This document shows, piece after piece, positions 37,508 through 44,043 of a DNA stretch of 44,217 bases. This stretch comes from Alphaproteobacteria bacterium (GTDB lineage: Bacteria > Pseudomonadota > Alphaproteobacteria > Rs-D84). The stretch spans positions 1-44,217 of the forward strand of contig JAFSST010000026.1 of NCBI GenBank assembly GCA_017450905.1, in the 5' to 3' direction. The notes beneath the pieces were generated by a model, which saw only the letters and a list, made by a program, of their open reading frames with translations, ran no database searches and was not told the DNA's origin. Each line of letters starts with the position of its first letter. Position 1 is the stretch's first letter. A program made the translations under genes and the position numbers.

Positions 37508-38125
37508 ATGAAAAGAATAATGTCTGTTGCATTATGTGCCGTGTTGGCGGCGTGTGGCGGAACCAGTGTTGTCGATTTGGATAACGCCCAGGAAGTATCT
37601 GCCATGCAAAATGTTATGGAATTGGAATACCGTGATTGGACATCAACCGCTGAAAAAATGACTAAATCGATGTTGACCAGTGGTGCTTTTTCACGTGTTA
37701 AAAATCCTGTTATTGCGATGGGGACTATTAAAAACGATACGATGCAACGTTTCGACACAGATATTTTAACCAAAAAGATTCGTTCAACATTGGTAAATTC
37801 TGGGCGTGCCCAGGTCGCAACCAGTTTCCGTAACAACAAGGCCGCCGAAGATGAAACAACATACGCAATGCGTCAAACACGCGATAATGCGGAATATGAT
37901 TCTTCGACAATCGCACAAAAGGGAACATTGGTTGCACCAAATATGTCGTTGTCTGGTAAAATGATTCAACGTAATTTGAAATTGGAATCTGGGTGGTTTT
38001 CGTCTGTTGATACGCGTGTAGAATACTATCTGCAATTAACATTGACCGATTTGAAAACAGGTTTGTCCGTATGGGAAGATGAACAACCAATTGTCAAAGA
38101 GGGTTCTCACGCACCAACGTGGTAA
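37508..38125 (+). CDS. LpoB-like (COG3417-type) lipoprotein
   Basis: Lipobox AVLAACGG. The pattern EYRDW...MTKSML, IAMGTIKNDTMQRFDTDILTKKIRSTLVNSGRAQV and VEYYLQLTLTDLKTGLSVWEDE parallels the E. coli LpoB C-domain (YDWNGAMQPMVSKML / VDSVNNRTNG... / LQMQLMLVQTGEIIW). Confidence 0.62.
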   Translation: MKRIMSVALCAVLAACGGTSVVDLDNAQEVSAMQNVMELEYRDWTSTAEKMTKSMLTSGAFSRVKNPVIAMGTIKNDTMQRFDTDILTKKIRSTLVNSGRAQVATSFRNNKAAEDETTYAMRQTRDNAEYDSSTIAQKGTLVAPNMSLSGKMIQRNLKLESGWFSSVDTRVEYYLQLTLTDLKTGLSVWEDEQPIVKEGSHAPTW

Positions 38126-38150
38126 AATTTATATAAGATTTGTTTCTTGT

Positions 38151-38177
38151 ATTACCCCCAATTTTTTCGGGGGTAAT
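38151..38177 (+). terminator. Hairpin after the T4CP-lipoprotein operon
   Basis: ATTACCCCC-AATTTTTTC-GGGGGTAAT perfect 9-bp stem. There is no clean T-tail after it, so its function as a terminator is uncertain. Confidence 0.5.
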
Positions 38178-38200
38178 ATGTTTCGCAGGGGGTATATAAA

Positions 38201-38689
38201 ATGATAAACAAACATAATTCATTGGGTGCGATTGTTTTGGGAATGCACGATGCGTTGGTGTCCACATTGGGATTGGTCGCAGGTTTGGTATTTGCATCAG
38301 TAAATAATTATACGATTATTTTGACCGGTATAATCGCATCTGTGGCGGCGGGGCTTTCAATGATGGCATCGCAATACCTTGCAGAAAAGGCGAACGGTAA
38401 ATCAGAATATGCCACAAAACAAGGGTTAACAACCGGGTTGGCGTATGTTTTGACATCGGCGTTGCTGTTGTTACCGTTTTGTTTTATAAGAAATTCTTTT
38501 TATGCGATGGGAATTACGTATGCAATCGCTGTATTGATAATAGTGTTGTTTAATATGTTGAAATCCAGATTGCGTTCGGAATCATTTTGGCCGCATTTTT
38601 TGGAAATGTTGATAATATGCAGTGTCGTAACAATTGTCGCATTTTTTATCGGCGAATTTGCCAGGCTTTGTTTCGGCATACATATATAA
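38201..38689 (+). CDS. VIT1/CCC1-family (iron/manganese transporter-like) membrane protein, short form
   Basis: LGAIVLGMHDALVSTLGLVAGL and GIIASVAAGLSMMASQYLAEK match the conserved VIT-family helices. At 162 aa it has the membrane domain only. Confidence 0.72.
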   Translation: MINKHNSLGAIVLGMHDALVSTLGLVAGLVFASVNNYTIILTGIIASVAAGLSMMASQYLAEKANGKSEYATKQGLTTGLAYVLTSALLLLPFCFIRNSFYAMGITYAIAVLIIVLFNMLKSRLRSESFWPHFLEMLIICSVVTIVAFFIGEFARLCFGIHI

Positions 38690-38720
38690 AAAAACACCCA
38701 AATGGGTGTTTTTATTTTTC
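38690..38720. terminator. Bidirectional terminator between the VIT gene and fabZ
   Basis: AAAAAAACACCC-AAAT-GGGTGTTTTTATTTTT. Confidence 0.85.
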
Positions 38721-39149
38721 GCCATTGTCCATAATCGCAGAAAATATAACCGATGCAGCCCTTACCCCGTTAACGACAGCGGTCCCAGAATACCTGTACA
38801 TTGTCATTTTTGAACCCAATTCTTCAATATGTAATTCCAAAGTGTCGCCGGGGACAACCATACGTGAAAAACGTGCTTTTTCAATAGATACAAAATATCC
38901 AAGTATTTTTCCGTTGTTATTACCGATGCGATTTAATGTTGTGAAACACGCGGTTTGGGCCAACGCCTCGACAATTAAAACCCCCGGCATAATTGGATGA
39001 CCAGGAAAATGACCGCTGCACCAAAATTCGTGGTCCGTAACATGTTTTATGCCAACGGCGGTTGTGTCGGTTATTTCACGAATTTCATCGACTAAACGCA
39101 TATCACCACGATGAGGAATTATTTTTTCTATTTCTTTTGCATCTATCAT
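38712..39149 (-). CDS. fabZ: 3-hydroxyacyl-ACP dehydratase FabZ
   Basis: IPHRGDMRLVDEI..., GHFPGHPIMPGVLIVEALAQ hot-dog active-site motif. Confidence 0.95.
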   Translation of the reverse strand: MIDAKEIEKIIPHRGDMRLVDEIREITDTTAVGIKHVTDHEFWCSGHFPGHPIMPGVLIVEALAQTACFTTLNRIGNNNGKILGYFVSIEKARFSRMVVPGDTLELHIEELGSKMTMYRYSGTAVVNGVRAASVIFSAIMDNGEK

Positions 39150-39159
39150 CTTTTCATCC

Positions 39160-40206
39160 CTAGTCGTTATTTACGTGCTTTTTTAACCACGCATAGTGGC
39201 GTAAAAATTCTGTTCCTGGGGCCGCTGGATATCCAATGTGTTTCTGTCCATCTGGAACATTACGAAAAACACCACTGTTTGCACCGATTTCCGCATCGTT
39301 TCCAATTTTTACACCGTTCGCAATACCAACGTGTCCCGCAAGTAATGCACGGTCGCCAATCGTTACACCGCCAGCAATACCAACGCCGCCCGCCAAAAAG
39401 CATTCGGCACCAATCACAACACCATGGGCAATTTGACACAGATTATCTATCTTGGTTCCGTCGCCAATGGTTGTGTCGGTCAAAGCCCCACGGTCAATAC
39501 AACTGTTCGCACCAACGGAAACACGATTACCTAATACCACGCGTCCAACATGCGGAATAAAAACATTATGACCATTTTGGCGGGTGTAACCAAACCCGTC
39601 CTTGCCAATTGATGCACCATTGTGGATTACACATTCGGCACCAATGGTTGCATTTTCAATGTGTGCGTTCGAATGAATAACCGTGCCGCGACCAATTGTT
39701 ACATTACGGCCAATGTATGCACCCGGATATATTTTTACATCTGGCTCTATTACCGCACCACGTTCAATCGTGGCAAATGGTGCGACATAAACAGTCCTGC
39801 GATTGCGGAAAAAGACCCCGCGTTCAATGTTTGCACGTCTGGATATACCAAAACGTGGTTTTTCACGATAAATCTCGCCAAGGATTTTGACGATTTCACC
39901 GCGTGGACTGGTACAGACCAACAACGTTGCACCACGTGGGGCATGTGATGCCATTTCAGGTTGAACCAAAATAACAGACGCACGCGTGTTTTCCAATACC
40001 GTCAAAGGCAAAATTTTAAATGCGTTGCTGTTTTGTTCGGTTGAATAAAACGCCAATTGCCCGGGGCGTGCATCCGCAATAGGTGCAATTCCGGAAATAA
40101 CAGTTTCGGGTTTTCCACGTAATTCCAGACCGAATTTTTCGGCCAATTCCCCGGCCGTGGTTTTTGTGGCACGGGGTGTCATCAAAGATTTTATAATTTT
40201 CAACAT
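39160..40206 (-). CDS. lpxD: UDP-3-O-acylglucosamine N-acyltransferase LpxD
   Basis: The N-terminal uridine-binding domain (TAGELAEKFGLELRG..., ARPGQLAFY) is followed by a long left-handed beta-helix of hexapeptide repeats. Start set at ATG 40206 (MLKIIKSL...); the ORF-track 40284 extension is a hydrophobic artefact. Confidence 0.93.
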   Translation of the reverse strand: MLKIIKSLMTPRATKTTAGELAEKFGLELRGKPETVISGIAPIADARPGQLAFYSTEQNSNAFKILPLTVLENTRASVILVQPEMASHAPRGATLLVCTSPRGEIVKILGEIYREKPRFGISRRANIERGVFFRNRRTVYVAPFATIERGAVIEPDVKIYPGAYIGRNVTIGRGTVIHSNAHIENATIGAECVIHNGASIGKDGFGYTRQNGHNVFIPHVGRVVLGNRVSVGANSCIDRGALTDTTIGDGTKIDNLCQIAHGVVIGAECFLAGGVGIAGGVTIGDRALLAGHVGIANGVKIGNDAEIGANSGVFRNVPDGQKHIGYPAAPGTEFLRHYAWLKKHVNND

Positions 40207-40212
40207 GGTTGC

Positions 40213-40218
40213 ATTATA
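40213..40218 (-). promoter_or_regulatory. TATAAT -10 box 6 nt upstream of the lpxD ATG (possible leaderless start)
   Basis: The minus strand reads ...GGGTTATAATGCAACCATG. No SD is present, and no good -35 was seen. Confidence 0.35.
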
Positions 40219-40271
40219 ACCCAAAAAAAACAAAATAAAAGAGAAATAATATATTGACCAAAACGGTCTTT

Positions 40272-40310
40272 TTTGAAAAAACAAACCCCGCTATTTGGCG
40301 GGGTGTTTGT
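40272..40310 (-). terminator. Rho-independent terminator between skp-like gene and lpxD
   Basis: The minus strand reads ACAAACACCCCGC-CAAATA-GCGGGGTTTGT followed by TTTTTTC. Confidence 0.8.
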
Positions 40311-40323
40311 ATAAAGTCCAGGA

Positions 40324-40992
40324 TTAAAAACCCTTTGGTTTTTCCATTTTGATTGTTGATAATTTTTTATTCAATGCCGACACAACATCGTTTGTAATAT
40401 CTAAATTCGGGATATTTGATGCCGCACGTGCAAAACGGCCGTCAACAACCAACGACAAATTTTTCTTTGCGATTATGCCCTCGATAAGTGGGTCCAAATG
40501 TTTTTCTTGAATTGTTGCCAATGCTTTTTGATAAGACGCTTCTACACTTTGTGCACGTTCTGTTAAATCGCGTTGTAATTTTGTAACCTTGGTTTGATAA
40601 TCCATAACACGGCGTTGCAATGCTTCACGTGAAAGAACGTCTTGGGATTTTTCGATTTCTGCTTTTTCTTTTTCCAATGCTTTTTGCTTGGATGTCAATT
40701 CGTTGCGTAATTTTGATTCATAGTTTTCTTTCTGTTTACGCAAATCTTTCAATGCGTTTGCCTCGGATTGAATTGCATCCATACGAACGACCGCGATGCG
40801 TAAATCAGCACCGTTTACTGCATCGGTTGAAACTTCGCTTAATGCTTTCTCGACACTGACAGTTTTACCGCCAATGCGTGACAAAGCGAATATACCAACC
40901 GCCGCAATTGCGATAACTATTGCGATGATTATACCAGTTTTTGCGTATTTTTTTGTTGCCGGTGTTGTGGCATTAGAGTTTTTGTTTACCAT
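40324..40992 (-). CDS. skp: OmpH/Skp-family periplasmic chaperone-like protein with an uncleaved-looking N-terminal anchor
   Basis: It has a long Lys/Glu/Gln-rich coiled coil (LRKQKENYESKLRNELTSKQKALEKEKAEIEKSQD...) and a conserved position upstream of lpxD-fabZ. N-terminal TM: TGIIIAIVIAIAAVGIFAL. Confidence 0.72.
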   Translation of the reverse strand: MVNKNSNATTPATKKYAKTGIIIAIVIAIAAVGIFALSRIGGKTVSVEKALSEVSTDAVNGADLRIAVVRMDAIQSEANALKDLRKQKENYESKLRNELTSKQKALEKEKAEIEKSQDVLSREALQRRVMDYQTKVTKLQRDLTERAQSVEASYQKALATIQEKHLDPLIEGIIAKKNLSLVVDGRFARAASNIPNLDITNDVVSALNKKLSTIKMEKPKGF

Positions 40993-41070
40993 GATTTTCC
41001 ATCCTTTGTTTTTGTTAACGAAATCAGTATAGCAATAAAATTTATAAAGTAAAAGAGAAAGTTATCGTTT

Positions 41071-41757
41071 TTATCGAACAGGTGTAATACGAATTTCAAT
41101 CCGCCGATTTGTCAATCTGCCAATTTCATCCTGGGCGGCGATTGGGCGTGCGGCCCCACGTCCAACGATAAACAAACGCGATGTGTTTATTCCGTGTTGT
41201 GCAAAATACACACCAGCACGTGCGGCCATATCCAGTGATAAACTGTGTGCGGCGTTTGAATCACGCATTGCATCGGTATATCCGGCAATTTCGATAAAAG
41301 TAGCATCGTATTTTTTTAATATATCGGATATAATACCCAATGTTTCATCGCCGATTTCTGATATATCTGGGGCGTTTAATTCCATAATCGCATCACGTAC
41401 CAACAAAATGACAACATCAGTCCCTGCACGTTGCACAGACATCCCAGGTTTGCGTAATTCATCATATAATTTTGATTCTAAATCAGCCATATATTTAACA
41501 TACAGGTTTGAATCATTTGTATTTTTATCGCCATATTCCATTTTTGCCGATTGGGGCATAACCTGGGCAACTGTTCGACCGCCGGTTCCCTGGTAAACAG
41601 GTTTTTTGGCGATGCGTGCGGTATCAGACATATCTGTGAAACTGGCACCACGCAGATATGTTGGCCATGTTTCGCGGTCAGGACTGTGATATTGTGTGCA
41701 CGACACGAACGTGACCAATGTAAAAACAGAAAAAATAATTTTTGTTATTTTTATCAT
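41071..41757 (-). CDS. OmpA/MotB C-terminal-domain lipoprotein (peptidoglycan-binding)
   Basis: Lipobox TLVTFVSC. The OmpA-like core is IEIAGYTDAMRDSNAAHSLSLDMAARAGVYFAQHGINTSRLFIVGRGAARPIA...NRRIEIRI. The start overlaps the pilin-like gene stop (ATGA). Confidence 0.85.
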   Translation of the reverse strand: MIKITKIIFSVFTLVTFVSCTQYHSPDRETWPTYLRGASFTDMSDTARIAKKPVYQGTGGRTVAQVMPQSAKMEYGDKNTNDSNLYVKYMADLESKLYDELRKPGMSVQRAGTDVVILLVRDAIMELNAPDISEIGDETLGIISDILKKYDATFIEIAGYTDAMRDSNAAHSLSLDMAARAGVYFAQHGINTSRLFIVGRGAARPIAAQDEIGRLTNRRIEIRITPVR

Positions 41758-42209
41758 TCTATGACAAAAGATATTTCATTGTTGCCGGTTGAAAAACAAT
41801 CGGAATATCCGTTGAATCTGTATTTGTTTACGAACATTTCCGTTGCCCAATTTGGAACCGCATTGGCAAAAAATTCACATTCGCCACTGGTCAGCCCCAT
41901 CAGATTAATCACAAATGTGTTTTTTTCCGTGCCAACATCAATTGACCATGATGTTCCTATTGGCGGTTTGTCATTTGCCAATGCCCCCGCCTTGACCAGA
42001 TATTCAACCGATACCCCCGTATAATCATCACGCATTTCCATCAGTAATTTTGTGTTTTTTACAATTTCACGCAGTTGTGCGGATGCGATTGTATTCGACT
42101 GATTCCGGCGTATAGAGTTGTATATTGCGATTGCACTGGCGGTCATAACAGCGGTTATTGCCAACACACCAACAATTTCTATTAATGAACGACCTGATTC
42201 TGATTTCAT
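41754..42209 (-). CDS. Type IV pilin / pseudopilin-like protein (prepilin-type N-terminus)
   Basis: MKSESG|RSLIEIVGVLAITAVMTASAIAIY has a short basic leader ending in Gly, Glu at +5 and a hydrophobic alpha1 helix. A C-terminal Cys pair (SGEC...YSDC) is typical of the pilin D-region. Start set at ATG 42209; the ORF-track extension runs into dnaX. Confidence 0.7.
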   Translation of the reverse strand: MKSESGRSLIEIVGVLAITAVMTASAIAIYNSIRRNQSNTIASAQLREIVKNTKLLMEMRDDYTGVSVEYLVKAGALANDKPPIGTSWSIDVGTEKNTFVINLMGLTSGECEFFANAVPNWATEMFVNKYRFNGYSDCFSTGNNEISFVIE

Positions 42210-42228
42210 CTCTCTCTGCTCTTTGGTT

Positions 42229-43767
42229 TTATTGTTTGGATATGCCGACAATTTCGGCGTTTTCAAATAATGACATCGCATCAGCAACCATTGGGTCCGC
42301 AACAGTTTCAGATTTTGTTTGTTCGTTAACTGTTTGGTTTTGATGGGATGTTTCGATTTTCTTTAATACCCATTTTGCCCCGGTGTTATTGTTCAACCAC
42401 AAAACCAGACGTTGTTGAAAATCGTTATCGTTGCCACGGTCAAAATAACAAATAGTGTTATTTGCGATTTCTGATACTTCGATGTTTTTAGTGAAATATG
42501 AATACATCATCATTTCACGTGCTGATTGTAACGCATCGGCCAAATCAGTTGCTGTTTTGATTGTTGGTTTTTCAACCTTGGTCGTGTCAACCGCCGGTGT
42601 TGATACCGGTGTCGGTGTTTCGGTTTTTTGCTGTTTTAAAATTTCCGGCACAGATGGCATATCAGCAATGTGCATCAATCGCACGACCAACATATCAAAA
42701 CATTGTTTTTGGTTTGTTGATGCCTGCATTTCTGGGACGGCGGCAACCATAACCTGCCATATACGGGACAAAGTGTTTAATGTTACGTGTTTATTGATTT
42801 CGTTTATGCGTTCGCGTTGATCGGCCGTATACGGCGTATTTTGTGTCCCAGATATACGTAACGTTGGGTGCATACGTGTTGCCCAATGTGTCCATTCCAT
42901 CATATCGGTTAATAACATTGATAAATCGGCACCATTTGTATAAATCTCGTCTGCTTTGGCCAATGCGGATGCAACATTACCCGACAAAAGCGTTTGCATA
43001 AAATCAACCACAACCCCACGGTCCGCACGTTTTAACATATCCATAACGGCGGCTTCGTCCACATGGCCGCCAGTTTGTGCGATGGCCTGGTCCAACAAAG
43101 ATAACCCATCACGCACAGAACCGTCCGCCGCCCGTGCCAATAATTCATTTGCGGTATCGGATAATTCGACCTTTTCTTGTTCGGCAATCCACGCAAAATG
43201 TTTTTTTAACGTATCGACCGGAACGCGAACTAAATCAAAACGTTGGCAACGCGATAAAATAGTAACCGGAACCTTACGAATGTCGGTTGTTGCCAAAATA
43301 AAGATGACATGGGCAGGCGGTTCTTCTAATGTTTTAAGCAGTGCGTTAAATGCACTGGCGGATAACATGTGAACTTCGTCAATGATGTAAACCTTGTATC
43401 GACCATTTGTTGGGCGGTATTGTGTAGCGTCCAAAATTTCACGCATATTATCAACGCCGGTATGTGATGCCGCGTCAATTTCCAAAACGTCAATATGTTG
43501 CCCGGCGGCAATAGCACGACAGTTTTCACATACACCACATGGATTTGCAGTTGGACCGTCACCGGCGGTGCAATTCAATGCCTTGGCCAAAATACGTGCA
43601 GTACTGGTTTTCCCGGTTCCACGAATACCGGTGAATATATACGCATGTGCAATACGACCAGTATTAATAGCGGTGGTAAGTGTTTTAACCAAAACATCCT
43701 GTCCAATCAAGGATTTGAAATCTTGACTGCGATATTTGCGTGCCAGAACGGTGTAAGTGTTATCCAT
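42229..43767 (-). CDS. dnaX: DNA polymerase III subunit gamma/tau
   Basis: ARKYRSQDFKSLIGQD, Walker A GIRGTGKTS, zinc module CGVCENC, Walker B IIDEVHMLS, sensor SRCQRF. SD AAGGAAG lies upstream of ATG 43767. Confidence 0.95.
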   Translation of the reverse strand: MDNTYTVLARKYRSQDFKSLIGQDVLVKTLTTAINTGRIAHAYIFTGIRGTGKTSTARILAKALNCTAGDGPTANPCGVCENCRAIAAGQHIDVLEIDAASHTGVDNMREILDATQYRPTNGRYKVYIIDEVHMLSASAFNALLKTLEEPPAHVIFILATTDIRKVPVTILSRCQRFDLVRVPVDTLKKHFAWIAEQEKVELSDTANELLARAADGSVRDGLSLLDQAIAQTGGHVDEAAVMDMLKRADRGVVVDFMQTLLSGNVASALAKADEIYTNGADLSMLLTDMMEWTHWATRMHPTLRISGTQNTPYTADQRERINEINKHVTLNTLSRIWQVMVAAVPEMQASTNQKQCFDMLVVRLMHIADMPSVPEILKQQKTETPTPVSTPAVDTTKVEKPTIKTATDLADALQSAREMMMYSYFTKNIEVSEIANNTICYFDRGNDNDFQQRLVLWLNNNTGAKWVLKKIETSHQNQTVNEQTKSETVADPMVADAMSLFENAEIVGISKQ

Positions 43768-43863
43768 TTTAATCTTCCTTTGTCCCGTCCAGGATAGCAA
43801 ACATATATTAAAATTCAAGTGGGAAATGTGTGTGATGGGTGATTAGTGTGATGTGGTTCGTCA

Positions 43864-43880
43864 CCCCCCCCCACACACAA
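43864..43880. repeat. Homopolymeric C9 tract followed by a short CA dinucleotide run (ACACACAA)
   Basis: Read directly: C at 43864-43872, then ACACACAA. It lies in the divergent intergenic region between dnaX and the right-hand ORF. Confidence 0.95.
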
Positions 43881-43945
43881 ACCACTAGACACCAACCACA
43901 AAATATGATAAAATACCGGACAGGAAAAACAAGGAGAGGCCGAAC

Positions 43946-44017
43946 ATGAACCAAACGCCGGAAACCCGCAGAAATCTAGAGAGAGAGAGAGAGAGAGAAA
44001 TAACCCTTGCGGGTTAA
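43946..44017 (+). CDS. 23-codon reading frame with a strong SD that traverses the (GA)10 tract. It is probably the out-of-frame 5' end of the downstream gene.
   Basis: AAGGAGAGG lies at 43931-43939, 6 nt before ATG 43946. It translates as MNQTPETRRNLEREREREITLAG*. Removing one GA unit (or adding two) fuses it to the downstream frame. Confidence 0.4.
   Translation: MNQTPETRRNLEREREREITLAG
43979..43998. repeat. (GA)10 dinucleotide repeat
   Basis: Read directly: ten consecutive GA units, preceded by A. Confidence 0.97.
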
Positions 44018-44043
44018 TATCGCGGATATGTATTCCTGCGATA

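Noticed and set aside
43201-43207. An A_AAA_AAA slippery heptamer, in the correct phase, inside dnaX (TTA AAA AAA CAT on the minus strand), reminiscent of the E. coli gamma/tau -1 frameshift site.
   Set aside because: It lies at about codon 187-189 of 512, inside the AAA+ lid region. A frameshift there would truncate the clamp-loader core rather than produce a functional gamma subunit. No downstream stimulatory hairpin was seen, so it is most likely just a Lys-Lys codon pair.
43768-43945. Possible SRP (4.5S/ffs) RNA upstream of dnaX, a common location for ffs.
   Set aside because: Reading both strands, I could not find the conserved domain IV core (GGAA-type tetraloop flanked by the AGCA / GGUCC-like symmetric loop). 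The region is instead simple-sequence-rich (GT/CA runs, C9). A covariance-model scan would settle it.
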